Shown here one piece after another: positions 36,839 through 46,721 of a stretch of 59,935 nucleotides of DNA. The DNA comes from a virus. Its lineage: Duplodnaviria > Caudoviricetes. Below the pieces are notes generated by a model, which was not told the origin of the DNA, did not search any database, and worked only from the letters and a program-made list of their open reading frames with translations. The translations under genes were made by a program, and so were the position numbers. The stretch is from positions 1-59,935 of the IMG/VR virus record IMGVR_UViG_3300005764_000020; one strand, 5' to 3'. Position 1 is the stretch's first letter; the number at the start of each line of letters is the position of its first letter.

Positions 36839-39174
36839 TGCCTTTCGTAGGATTGAACGATCCGACCAGTGCGCGGTTGGAGCACTCCTCCGATCCTTGG
36901 ACTTTGGACGCTAGGGCCGTTGCCCGTCTTGGGGTATACAATGTCTCCGTATGGGGCCTGCCAGATGTTCCCAACTTCGTACATGTATACTTTTCCTCCG
37001 CCCAGGAACAACTTTGGCGCTGACGAGGAGAACGTCGCCAGCCCCGAACCGACAGCCCGGACTATAGACCATACGACCGTCGGCGTCGAGGCGCTGAACG
37101 TGCAGCGGATAGCCGGGGCATCCAGCCGCCAAGTCAGCACAGGGAGAGCAGTAGAAGCCGACCAGATGGCAGCTGGTGCCCCGACACTTACGCTCCACAT
37201 AACGCCTGGAGCAATACTGGTAAAAGTTGCAGTGCCTGGAGGGGTCACGACCAACTTAAGAACTGTCGCAGCAGGAGCGACCGACGATGCTGTCCAAACT
37301 GCCGGTGGGCTCGTGATGACACTCGACGCCAATACATTCGGCGAGACTGAAGCGAATGTCGTCAAGAAAGCGGATGGCTGGATGATGGTTGCGAAGGAGA
37401 TGGTCGGTGGTACCCGACTCGCTGTCCAGGTTGCGACCGGCGCCACGACGGTACTCGACTCCAGGAGGATGGGAGCGACCGAAGCATACGTTGCCGTTGC
37501 TGGTGTCAGGATCAGCGTTCGGCCGAGCCCGGCAGCGACACTGCTCGCTGTCCAAAGGGCTGGTGGGGGCGGTACAGCTAGCGCCAGGGTTGACGCTACC
37601 GCCCCCAACGTCGTCACAGCGACAGGAGGTGACATAGTACGACCCAGCCCCGGTGCAACAGAAGCAGCCGTCCAGGTTGCTGCGGGAGAGGTGACAGCAA
37701 CCCCTACACCTACGAGCGGCGCGACAGAGAAGAAGTTGGTAACTGCTGCGGAGGGCGTCAGAGTGACGCTGACTGCTGCCTGGATGACGGGCGCTGTCGC
37801 CGCAAACGTCGTGACCGCAACGCTCGGAGCAACTGTCTCCGCAAGTACCGGCGGGACGCGACTCGCTGTCCAAGTCGCTGGTGGCGACGTGATCGAGACT
37901 GCGACACTAACAGTCGGAGCAACTGACGAATACGTCGCGACAGATGCGGCTGGCAGTATCGTGTCCAGCCAGACCGGCAAGACAGTCGCAGCCGTCCAGT
38001 TAGCTGGAGGCGCCACGACAGTGAGCAGCGTGCCAACAGCCGGAGCAACCGTCGCGAACGTCGCGACAGCTGGAGGAGCGACAATTGTCTCAGAAGCAGA
38101 AACAAGCGGGGCAACTGAGCTACCCGTCCACAACGCGGCAGGAGGTAGCAAGGTTAGCTGCAGCTGCCCCGCAACCGGCGCAAACGTAGTAGTCGCTGGC
38201 GGCGAGATGATGATCTCCGATACCTGCGCTTGAGGAGCGACGGTTGCGTATGTCGCTGTCGCTGCTGGAGCAACGACGAGTTCATCGACTCTCGGCTGCG
38301 GAGCTACGCTGCTCGCCGACCAAACGGCTGGTACAGCGACAACTGTACAGTCAGCCTGTACCGGAGCATATGTCGGATACCCACCAAAGTACATGCCACC
38401 GAAAGTCGGCACGAAGTTCGGCACAGGCCCTGTCGGCGGTAGAACAAGCGCTGGGGCTACAGCACTAGCATTGAAAGTCGGCGCAGACGGAGCAATTGTT
38501 TCTCCCGGCACGGGTGCAACAGATTGCGCAGTAAAGATAGCGGGTGGCGCAGTAATCGTTACACTCACAACTGCTGCAAAAACAGCAACCCCAACCATTG
38601 CTGTCAAAGAGGAGTTCACAGTACCGCTGCCGGTGTAGGTGCCGGACGTGCTCGCAATCGAAAGCTGGTCTGCTAATGCGAGGCCATTCGAGTCGATGCG
38701 CTCTGTGACCCCGGTGGCGCTACTGTTCAACTGCTCGGCTGACCAGGTTGCCGAAGTCGAACGAGCGCCGAGCACCCAGATCGCACCAGCTGACTGCCCC
38801 GCTGCGGGAGTGACTGCTGGCGTTGATTGCGCCGTACCGGCTGCGTTCGTCGCGCACTGGCCCGCTAGCTGCGCGCCCGAGGCGACGCCGGTGTACTCAG
38901 CAATACAAGTTACTGGTGTCGTCGGTGAGCCGGTGAAGGTGACGCCGGTTTCGCCGCCAGCGGCAATCTTGTAGCAGAACTGGATGCCGCGAGCGGTTCC
39001 GCCCGAGGCCGAAGCTGAGCCGAGCGTCGTCCAACCGGACGGCAAACCTGGCACAGTGTTACTCTGGCAGACGCATGCGGCGACGAGCAGGTTGCCCGCC
39101 TGAGCCGAGACAGGCAGCGTCGCCGTCAGCCCTGTGGCGTTCGCCGTTTGCCCAGATCGAAGCGCAATCGCCAC
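36835..39174 (-). CDS. Long Ala/Val/Thr/Pro/Ser-repeat virion protein (fibre-like) B
   Basis: N-terminal globular domain then roughly 20-25-aa repeats (PPAxWTASxVAP). Confidence 0.7.
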   Translation of the reverse strand: MAIALRSGQTANATGLTATLPVSAQAGNLLVAACVCQSNTVPGLPSGWTTLGSASASGGTARGIQFCYKIAAGGETGVTFTGSPTTPVTCIAEYTGVASGAQLAGQCATNAAGTAQSTPAVTPAAGQSAGAIWVLGARSTSATWSAEQLNSSATGVTERIDSNGLALADQLSIASTSGTYTGSGTVNSSLTAMVGVAVFAAVVSVTITAPPAIFTAQSVAPVPGETIAPSAPTFNASAVAPALVLPPTGPVPNFVPTFGGMYFGGYPTYAPVQADCTVVAVPAVWSASSVAPQPRVDELVVAPAATATYATVAPQAQVSEIIISPPATTTFAPVAGQLQLTLLPPAALWTGSSVAPLVSASETIVAPPAVATFATVAPAVGTLLTVVAPPANWTAATVLPVWLDTILPAASVATYSSVAPTVSVAVSITSPPATWTASRVPPVLAETVAPSVAVTTFAATAPVIQAAVSVTLTPSAAVTNFFSVAPLVGVGVAVTSPAATWTAASVAPGLGRTMSPPVAVTTLGAVASTLALAVPPPPALWTASSVAAGLGRTLILTPATATYASVAPILLESSTVVAPVATWTASRVPPTISFATIIQPSAFLTTFASVSPNVLASSVITSPPAVWTASSVAPAATVLKLVVTPPGTATFTSIAPGVMWSVSVGAPAAIWSASTALPVLTWRLDAPAIRCTFSASTPTVVWSIVRAVGSGLATFSSSAPKLFLGGGKVYMYEVGNIWQAPYGDIVYPKTGNGPSVQSPRIGGVLQPRTGRIVQSYERQ

Positions 39175-39347
39175 TAGTCCTCAGCAATCTCCGCCGGTCG
39201 CGCCGACTGGACAACAGCCTGAACGAGAGCATCTCTTCCGAACGGCATCGGCGCGTTCGTTACGAAATTGATGAGATCCTGGAGAGCCTTACCGTCCACG
39301 ATCACCATCTGTGTCTGAACAGCCTCAGGTTTTGAGTTTACGCTCAT
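39174..39347 (-). CDS. Hypothetical 57-aa protein
   Basis: MSVNSKPEAV...EIAED; overlaps both neighbours; below ORF-track cutoff. Confidence 0.55.
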   Translation of the reverse strand: MSVNSKPEAVQTQMVIVDGKALQDLINFVTNAPMPFGRDALVQAVVQSARPAEIAED

Positions 39348-39565
39348 CCGAAATCACTCGTGGCCTTATCTACTGCAGATTGGCGTGCTTGTTCCGATTC
39401 TGATATCGTGACAGCGTTCTTCAAGAAATCACGGATCTTCATTTGTACGAACTGATTGCCTGTCTGAGGATTCGGCGCACCGTCAGGCAGTGTAGCCTGG
39501 TAGCCAAGCCCTGCGATGATCCTCGGCACCATCGCGTCCGGCACAGTCACTGAAATGTTTGCCAT
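39344..39565 (-). CDS. Hypothetical protein
   Basis: GGAGG RBS. Confidence 0.65.
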   Translation of the reverse strand: MANISVTVPDAMVPRIIAGLGYQATLPDGAPNPQTGNQFVQMKIRDFLKNAVTISESEQARQSAVDKATSDFG

Positions 39566-39577
39566 GAAACCTCCATC

Positions 39578-41104
39578 CTAATATGCTCTCATGTACATGA
39601 GTGGCATACCTCGAACGTTGAGAATGCCGGGGGTGAATGTTGATGGAAGCGCACCTGTGACCCCTTCCGGCGTGTGGTAGACGCCAGCAGCATAAGCGAA
39701 TGTCGCCGTGCCAGGATCGTTCCAAGTAATTACACCTGTCTGCCTAGTCTGGATGTAGGCATCGTAGGCGCAATAGTATTGAAGTGCAGCGCCCTGAGTC
39801 GCGATGGCAATCCAGTACAGGCCAGGATCGAGCCATTGATCTATTACAGCTTCTTTTGATCCAGTCGTACTCGCATCGACTTGACCACCATCCACGATTA
39901 ACGCACCGGGCATACCATTCCCGTTATCTGCATAAATACCAGGCCGCACAAACGCCCCCGCTGCAGCTGTATAGACCATTGCCCCGACTCGGTTCCAACG
40001 GCTACGCTTCCGAACCCAGAACGGGATACAGGCGAGTCTCCCTGCTGGAAAGGAACCAGTATCGGTAGGACTAGAGACACGCGCCTCAATCGCCGGGTAA
40101 TAGAATCCAGATGTGTAGCCCCAGTTCCCCGGCACTCCACCACCGATGAATTTCCCAGTCTGATCGATGCGAGCCAGGATCGTGTCTGTGGAATCCTTGA
40201 TCTGTAGATAATCATTGTTGAACCCGGTCTGCATCGTCTTCAGCAGCAACGTCGGATGGTTCCAACCAGCACTACTCTGGTACTGCTGATGCCGCTGCCA
40301 GCCCAGCGGATGTACTCGCCATGTCTCTTGTCCTGTTCCGCTGATGAGATTCGATAGACCGAATCCTTGCGATAGTTCATGGTCGATGAACTCGCCATTG
40401 AAATTGACAACCCAGCCTTGAGGCGCTAGCGCGTTTGCCTGCCCATTATTCCAGGACATGCTCGCTACGTTCCATGAAACGCCAATGCCAGCGCCATAGA
40501 ATACAAAACCCTGAGAAGTGGAAAAACGTAATGTTCCATCTGCATTCGGTGACCAGACCTTCGCCCCGCCAAGAAAATCAACCTCGCCACTAACCTTGGT
40601 AATTGTACCGTAGCCATTTAATTCAAACCGTACATCAGTTCCATTCGGCGCAACTACTTGGAATGCAGGATTGAAGCTATAGTCAGTGGCTTGCAGTATC
40701 AAAGCGGGCACATTCGGCTGTGGGTCACTCGACCCACTTGTGAGGATTGTATTTCTAGCATTAGTCTTCGGCGCAAGTGATACATAATCGTTCTCGATAT
40801 CAGTAAACGTTTTAACCGAGTAAACGGCAGCGATCTGGTCGCCTGCTCCAATAGACCGAGCCGTTGATCCCTCCTGAGAACGAGTGATCGTCAAGGTGTC
40901 GGTCGAGATAGCAGTCACGCGAGCTATCTCAGCATTGCTCGGCAGCGGGATCGCATTATTGGGCCAGATTGTGACATTGAATGGCGGCGTCGGGAACCGC
41001 GCTCCTTCTCCAGCACCGACAACCAGAGATGTTCCCGAGGATGCCGGACTGGGCGCAGTAGCTACCGTACTGTACGCAAAGTTCTTGTGAGCATCAACTG
41101 GCAT
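39578..41104 (-). CDS. Virion structural / receptor-binding-like protein
   Basis: MPVDAHKNFAYSTVATAPSPA...EI.RVTA...DTLTITR.QEG; beta-rich C-terminus. Confidence 0.65.
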   Translation of the reverse strand: MPVDAHKNFAYSTVATAPSPASSGTSLVVGAGEGARFPTPPFNVTIWPNNAIPLPSNAEIARVTAISTDTLTITRSQEGSTARSIGAGDQIAAVYSVKTFTDIENDYVSLAPKTNARNTILTSGSSDPQPNVPALILQATDYSFNPAFQVVAPNGTDVRFELNGYGTITKVSGEVDFLGGAKVWSPNADGTLRFSTSQGFVFYGAGIGVSWNVASMSWNNGQANALAPQGWVVNFNGEFIDHELSQGFGLSNLISGTGQETWRVHPLGWQRHQQYQSSAGWNHPTLLLKTMQTGFNNDYLQIKDSTDTILARIDQTGKFIGGGVPGNWGYTSGFYYPAIEARVSSPTDTGSFPAGRLACIPFWVRKRSRWNRVGAMVYTAAAGAFVRPGIYADNGNGMPGALIVDGGQVDASTTGSKEAVIDQWLDPGLYWIAIATQGAALQYYCAYDAYIQTRQTGVITWNDPGTATFAYAAGVYHTPEGVTGALPSTFTPGILNVRGMPLMYMRAY

Positions 41105-44100
41105 TATGCCCCCACATGGTCGGGCCAGGCGCTGGAGTCGATGATATCGCCGGGCATGTACTTGTAGACGGAAGGAGCGCTCGTGCGCTGGAATGTAGGT
41201 AGAGCCGCAGAATAGTTCGACAGGATCGGCACTGCAGTCTGGCCCCGGTTGATCTGGGCAGTGGTCTGGTTCGCTGTGAACACCCCGGCGGGGCTCGACC
41301 AGCGTAGGTCGAAGTTGGGCTCTGTGACTGTGCCGACCCAAGCTGCTGGTACAGCTGATACGAGCTTGAGTATGGACAGGGCGGCTGCCGCCGAAAAAGT
41401 GGTGCGACCGGCCAGCACCGGGATCGAGAAGGCCAGGCTCGGATCGACCACATCTCCCGACCAGGTTGCCGGAGGGAACGGGATGGCCAGCTTAATTTGC
41501 CCGCCGACGACCGAGAACGTCGCCACTGGAGCGGTCGGAGTCATCGTATGGTCGAGTATTGGCGCTGTCGCCTTGGCGCTGAAGCTCCCGTACACGACCG
41601 TCTGTGTTAGGATTGGGTTAGGTGACGAGGCTCCGGCCGTGAAGGTCGATGGAGTCGGGTACAAGACCGTCGAGAGCACAGCACTCACGGCGCTCATCGT
41701 CACGCGCATAGCCGTCTCGACCACCGTCACACTGACGGTCAGGAACGGCGCCAACATCGATGCGGAGAGGTTCCCGGCTGACGGAAGGAATGTCCGGTTG
41801 AAGATCGGGCCGACACCAGACGTAGTGAGCATTGCTGGCACCGCCGTCACGCTGGACGAGAACGCAATCGTAGCTATCGCGCTCGCAGTGAACTTTGCTG
41901 CCGGAGTAGCGAGGGTGATGCCTGAGCCCGTGACAAATGAGGGCGCAGCGCTGCTGAACGTTGCAGTGCCAAACGGAACGGCAATCAATCGTGACAGAGA
42001 CGCCCCGGCGCTCGTCGCCGTGAAGTTGGCTGGCGGTGCCGTAATCGAGAGCCCTGCCCCGGCGAGGATCCCTGGCCCGACGCTCGCCGCAGTGAACAAC
42101 CCGACCGGCACGACAACATACACATTCGTCGCCGGTACCAGGACGGTCGCGGAGAACTGCATCACAGGCACATTCAGGGTCAGTCCCGAACCAGCTGCGA
42201 ACGAGGGGGAGACGCTCGAAGCCGTGAACCGTGCGGCAACAGATCCAATCGACAACGAGTTCCCAGTCACGAGCATCGTCGCATTGAAGACAGCTGGTAC
42301 AGCAGCCACCGTATTGCCGATGCTTACAATTGATTGTAAGGTGATAGGCATTGCGGCCGGAGTCATGACGAGAGCCTGGGTCGGCAGAACAGTCGAGAAC
42401 ACCGCCCCAGCCGCAGGCGGGATCACACGATCCTCGATGATCGGCACAACTGTACTCGCTGTCAGCACCATCGGGTTGAGAGTCAGGATCCGCGAGATGC
42501 TCGGAGCTATAGAGCTAGCCGAGAACACCATCGGCGTCAATAACACGACAGTAGACAGCAACGGATTGACGGATGTGAATGTCGCCTGGATCGCTGTCGG
42601 ATTGATGAACACGCCCTTGAACAGAGTCGGAGCAACGACGCTCGACGTAAAGAGCGCGACCGGCGACACCAACAGCAACGCCGGCACCGGCCCGACAGAG
42701 CTAGCGGTCAAGAACGCCGCATACGGCGCAACTACTACGCTCACCGTAACAAGCGGGCCGACCGCGCTGACCGTAAAGTTGCTCGCCGGGCTGACGACCA
42801 CATTGCCGGTAATCGGCGCTACGATACTCGCATTGAAGACGGCGGCAGCCGGTGCGAGCGCGAGGGCCAACGACACCGTAGGAGCGCTAGCGCTGAACCC
42901 GGCTGGCGTCGCAATAGCGGTCGCGTCACTGCGCGCCAGAGGAGCAACCGAGCTAGCCGAGAATGAGGCTGGCGGCGCTACGACTGCGACGCTTACGGTG
43001 ACAGCGGGCGCAACTGTCCAGGAGTTGAACGTACCAGGTAGCACAGCCACCTGCTCATCGACTCGCGGAACCGGCGCAACCGCCGACATGTTCGTATTCA
43101 CTGGAGGAGCATTGATCGTGAGGCTGACCGCTGTCGCACCTTTGAACGTAGCGATGATCGCATGGTACTGCTGTGGGGCAGCCGAAGCAGTAGCCGTACC
43201 AGTCTGTGTGCCTGTCGTGGTCACAGTCTTGTATTCCATGAAAAATTGCAAACCGTTGCCTGTTGACCAGCCAAATGTACCGATAGCGGTATAGCCCGAT
43301 CCAGGCGTATACGTCGGGCCACCAGCCGATTGATACGTTTGAAATGTTGAAAGGACTAACTCAGCAGCCTGAGTCGTCGTCGGCGTCGTCGGCTCTGACA
43401 GAGTTGTGGTCGGAGAAGAAACGAATGAATTTGCGCTCACGTCATACGGCGACGGAGCAACATTCGTGAAGTGCATACACACTCCGGCTTTGTTTGCTGA
43501 CGATCCTGGGAATGTAACTGTAATCAGGTCGGTGTTCACCATTGCGACCGTTACAGCGCAGTACCACATCTCCATCGTTGTAAAGAGCGAGCCAGTAGTA
43601 TTGACATCTCGCCTGATGAAATTCCAAGTGTTGCCCTTATTGTCTGTGACTGTTGAGACGTTTAAGGCCGTGTTTGGAACGAACGTAGTTATAACGAGCA
43701 AATCTCCAACAGCAACAGAATCACCAACCGCACAAGGAGCTAATGTCAACGTCGTGCCTGTTGCTGGCCCGCCAGTCATATAGCTCTTGAAGACGGGTAC
43801 AGACCCACCACCACCACCGCCTCCTCCACCAATGAGCGTTGGTGCTACCGACTGGGCATTGAAGTTCGCCGCCGGAGGGGTGATGGTGACGGACGCAGCG
43901 ACAGCGCCACCACCGAAATTGTCTATCTGGAGACTAGCGGTAGTCGTCGGCGCACGAATGCCGATATAGCTTCCTGACGGTATCTGGGTGTAGACAACGC
44001 CGGGATCGTCGCCATATCCTATATACGTCCAGCCAAGGCCATCATTCCGATCAATAGTCAGGTGAATTCTGACCCCAGATCCCAGAGGGGCCAGATTCTC

Positions 44101-44517
44101 AGCATAGGCCCAAATTTTCCCGTTCGCTACAACATGATCTGTCCAGGCCTTCAATCCGTTATCAACGCTCCCGTCAAATGACCTGATCCGGAGCAAGTTA
44201 TTGACCATGTCATTCTGCACATAGTAATACTTGCCAGCCATAGCATTGAAGCAAAGTACCAGGTGAGTGTGCTGACCTGACCCGGTAAGATCCATCCATG
44301 CTTCCTGCGTACCGGACAGGGCTGTGCCAACAGAGTTCGATGAGACTACAGGGCCGGTAGCAATACGACACTGGTTCGTGCCGATCCGAAGAGACACATC
44401 ACCAGATCGGATTGCGGCATTCCAGACTGCGCCGGAAGATGATGTGCCTAGAGATGAAGAATCTGCCCGATTGAAATCATCGATCAAAGACGTAGTGGGG
44501 GCAGATCCTGGAGGCAC
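41104..44517 (-). CDS. Long Ala/Val/Thr/Pro/Ser-repeat virion protein (fibre-like) A
   Basis: DDFNRAD N-terminal domain, poly-Gly linker, second globular domain, then repeats. Confidence 0.7.
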   Translation of the reverse strand: MPPGSAPTTSLIDDFNRADSSSLGTSSSGAVWNAAIRSGDVSLRIGTNQCRIATGPVVSSNSVGTALSGTQEAWMDLTGSGQHTHLVLCFNAMAGKYYYVQNDMVNNLLRIRSFDGSVDNGLKAWTDHVVANGKIWAYAENLAPLGSGVRIHLTIDRNDGLGWTYIGYGDDPGVVYTQIPSGSYIGIRAPTTTASLQIDNFGGGAVAASVTITPPAANFNAQSVAPTLIGGGGGGGGGSVPVFKSYMTGGPATGTTLTLAPCAVGDSVAVGDLLVITTFVPNTALNVSTVTDNKGNTWNFIRRDVNTTGSLFTTMEMWYCAVTVAMVNTDLITVTFPGSSANKAGVCMHFTNVAPSPYDVSANSFVSSPTTTLSEPTTPTTTQAAELVLSTFQTYQSAGGPTYTPGSGYTAIGTFGWSTGNGLQFFMEYKTVTTTGTQTGTATASAAPQQYHAIIATFKGATAVSLTINAPPVNTNMSAVAPVPRVDEQVAVLPGTFNSWTVAPAVTVSVAVVAPPASFSASSVAPLARSDATAIATPAGFSASAPTVSLALALAPAAAVFNASIVAPITGNVVVSPASNFTVSAVGPLVTVSVVVAPYAAFLTASSVGPVPALLLVSPVALFTSSVVAPTLFKGVFINPTAIQATFTSVNPLLSTVVLLTPMVFSASSIAPSISRILTLNPMVLTASTVVPIIEDRVIPPAAGAVFSTVLPTQALVMTPAAMPITLQSIVSIGNTVAAVPAVFNATMLVTGNSLSIGSVAARFTASSVSPSFAAGSGLTLNVPVMQFSATVLVPATNVYVVVPVGLFTAASVGPGILAGAGLSITAPPANFTATSAGASLSRLIAVPFGTATFSSAAPSFVTGSGITLATPAAKFTASAIATIAFSSSVTAVPAMLTTSGVGPIFNRTFLPSAGNLSASMLAPFLTVSVTVVETAMRVTMSAVSAVLSTVLYPTPSTFTAGASSPNPILTQTVVYGSFSAKATAPILDHTMTPTAPVATFSVVGGQIKLAIPFPPATWSGDVVDPSLAFSIPVLAGRTTFSAAAALSILKLVSAVPAAWVGTVTEPNFDLRWSSPAGVFTANQTTAQINRGQTAVPILSNYSAALPTFQRTSAPSVYKYMPGDIIDSSAWPDHVGA

Positions 44518-44563
44518 GGGTTAGTGGGATGGTCTCCATTTCATGGAAACCACCCCACACCCT

Positions 44564-44857
44564 CTACCGATCTGCCGCCGACACTTCTTCGATGCTCTCG
44601 ATAACCCATTGCTTCTCCAGCGTCGCATCCATCGCGCCGTCGGGGTTATCGGTGAAGTCACCGGACTGAGCAACTTCCTGAGTTGCGATGTCGAAGGCCT
44701 GCTGCTCAGCAAGGCGCTTCGCAGCCTCCTCGCTGCCCACGTCCATGGTGATGTGCCGGAGGTAGGGCCGCTGGATGGTCTCTCCGTTGGCGTCCACGTC
44801 GTCGAACGTCTCCGGATGTCCCTCGGGCGGCTTCATGATCACGTTGTACAGCGTCAC
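44564..44857 (-). CDS. Hypothetical acidic protein
   Basis: GGAGG RBS, GTG start. Confidence 0.6.
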   Translation of the reverse strand: MTLYNVIMKPPEGHPETFDDVDANGETIQRPYLRHITMDVGSEEAAKRLAEQQAFDIATQEVAQSGDFTDNPDGAMDATLEKQWVIESIEEVSAADR

Positions 44858-44859
44858 AG

Positions 44860-45243
44860 CTAGCCTCCGATATTGGTGTCTGGTGATTGCTCCAGGTAAC
44901 GGCCGTACACCGCTCCTGCCTCATCATCCTGCCAAGCCGCAATTTGAATCTGCGCCCCTGACAGCCTGTTATAGAGTTCACGATCAACCGCCACACAATC
45001 GTCGCCTGTGTGGAGCAAGATCGTGTACATGCAGCAGACGCAGAACCGCGTGATGGTGCTAGCGGCCATCTTCTGCTTTTCCAACTCCTCGCGCAGGACA
45101 CGTAGCTCTACTTCCTGCATCTGGATGACATCAGCAGGAGTGATGTCCATCGCGTTCTTGACGGACGGTAGCTGTCTAATTGCGGCCGGAGCGTACACCG
45201 TGAGGTCAGGCCCGTGCCGTTCGATGTCACCCGGCCGCGCCAT
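44860..45243 (-). CDS. Hypothetical protein
   Basis: TGATG overlap with upstream gene. Confidence 0.55.
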   Translation of the reverse strand: MARPGDIERHGPDLTVYAPAAIRQLPSVKNAMDITPADVIQMQEVELRVLREELEKQKMAASTITRFCVCCMYTILLHTGDDCVAVDRELYNRLSGAQIQIAAWQDDEAGAVYGRYLEQSPDTNIGG

Positions 45244-45683
45244 CAGGCAGCCGTGCCCTTGAGGACGCCGGTGGCGTCCCACTGAATTGTGAACGTACCG
45301 GAGGAGACTGACTGGTCAGCCCCCATGTCCACGTAGCCCATGACCGGCGACGTAGCTGCCGTACCCGTAGACTTGTAGACAACCGCGATGCGACAGGTGA
45401 AGGTCGCTGACGCCCAAGATGCGTTGCCGGCGATCAGACGAGCCTCGTTGGTCGGGGAGTCGTACGTGAGCGACTTGGATCCGAGCGTGACACCGCCAGC
45501 CGTATAGCCGCCCGTCGCGGTCAGCTCATTGGTGGCGGCGCTGAAGAACTCGTCGGTGTCCTGGTTGGGCACATACGCGACTAGATGAAGCGAAGTCTTG
45601 ATCGTGTCCGAGACCCAGTTGACCGGCGTAGCTCCCCACTGATCCTTGACGTTCAAACCGTACCACTTTGCAGTTACTGCCAT
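45243..45683 (-). CDS. Conserved structural protein, paralog 2
   Basis: KWYGL...DTIK.SLH...YVPNQDT...GYTAGG.TL...TSP..GY.DMGADQS. Confidence 0.75.
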   Translation of the reverse strand: MAVTAKWYGLNVKDQWGATPVNWVSDTIKTSLHLVAYVPNQDTDEFFSAATNELTATGGYTAGGVTLGSKSLTYDSPTNEARLIAGNASWASATFTCRIAVVYKSTGTAATSPVMGYVDMGADQSVSSGTFTIQWDATGVLKGTAA

Positions 45684-45692
45684 TGATCCTCC

Positions 45693-46142
45693 TTACGCTG
45701 CAACTGCCTTGAGCACGCCTGTCGGATCCCAGACGAGCGTATACGTGCCGCCGCTGATCGACTGGTCAGCACCCATATCGGTGTACCCCAGCAGCGGGGA
45801 TGTTGATGGTGTACCTGTGTTCTTGCGAACTACTGAGATGCGGAAGGTGAACGTTGCTGCTGTCCACTGAGCATCGTCTGCGTCGAGCCGCGTCTCATTC
45901 GACGCAGCATCGTATGTCAATGTTTTATTCACTAGGGTATAACCCCCAGCGGTATAACCGTTCCCTGACGCCAACTCACTGGTCAGGTCTGTGTAGTACA
46001 CATGCGTGTCCTGGTTCGGAACGTAGGCGGACGTATGGAGGGACACTTGGATCGTGTCGTTCACCCAGTCAACCCGAGAGGCAGCGGTCGATGACCATTG
46101 CCCCTTTCCGGCCAGGCCATACCATTTCGATGTGGCTGCCAT
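45693..46142 (-). CDS. Conserved structural protein, paralog 1
   Basis: Same motifs as 45243..45683. Confidence 0.75.
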   Translation of the reverse strand: MAATSKWYGLAGKGQWSSTAASRVDWVNDTIQVSLHTSAYVPNQDTHVYYTDLTSELASGNGYTAGGYTLVNKTLTYDAASNETRLDADDAQWTAATFTFRISVVRKNTGTPSTSPLLGYTDMGADQSISGGTYTLVWDPTGVLKAVAA

Positions 46143-46162
46143 ACTGCCTCCTGGGTGAGGTT

Positions 46163-46182
46163 GGGCGGGCCGAAGCCCGCCC
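46163..46182 (-). terminator. UUCG-capped hairpin after capsid genes (terminator or stabiliser)
   Basis: GGGCGGGC-TTCG-GCCCGCCC on - strand; no clear U tract. Confidence 0.45.
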
Positions 46183-46189
46183 TCTCACG

Positions 46190-46720
46190 CTACTGGGTTG
46201 ACCTCTCGATGATCGCCGTCAGTCCCTTCTCGACACCGGCACGCGGGACGCCACCAGTTGCCTGTGTCTCCGCATCGAGCACCTTCTGGGCCTCGGCCGG
46301 ATCGTTGCCTGCCAACGCGATGGTCTCGTCCACGTTGGGCTTGTTGTCCTCGATGTAGGCCGCGAGTTCATCAACGCTCGATTCGCCCGCTTCCAATTGT
46401 GCTGGTGCGCCGCCCTCAGCTGCTGCGGCCTCCTGCTCTTGGGCCTTGAGTTCCTCGTCGGTGTAGAACGAGCCCAGGCGCTCGCCCTTCTCCAAAGCGA
46501 GAGGGCCAAGCTCTTCGACACTGACTTCCTCGCCTTGCTTCGCCGTGCGCTCTGTGAGGATGGTCTCGCCGGGGAACATTGGCGATTCCGTCTCCACGAG
46601 CCAGGGGAAGAGCAGGTGCTTGATTGTGCGAGTGTCGCCGCTGTACTCCTCCGGCGATTCGTAGTCGGCCAAGTTCTCGGATGCGAGCGACTTGCCGAAC
46701 ACTGATGGGTTGTCGGCCAT
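46190..46720 (-). CDS. Hypothetical acidic head-region protein
   Basis: Immediately after major capsid gene. Confidence 0.7.
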   Translation of the reverse strand: MADNPSVFGKSLASENLADYESPEEYSGDTRTIKHLLFPWLVETESPMFPGETILTERTAKQGEEVSVEELGPLALEKGERLGSFYTDEELKAQEQEAAAAEGGAPAQLEAGESSVDELAAYIEDNKPNVDETIALAGNDPAEAQKVLDAETQATGGVPRAGVEKGLTAIIERSTQ

Positions 46721-46721
46721 G

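Noticed and set aside
41249-43294. 681-aa + strand ORF (also 36869..38233)
   Set aside because: Antisense shadows of the low-complexity fibre genes; no RBS or motifs, and opposite to the operon direction
22180-44517. Diversity-generating retroelement acting on fibre genes
   Set aside because: No reverse transcriptase and no template/variable repeat pair seen
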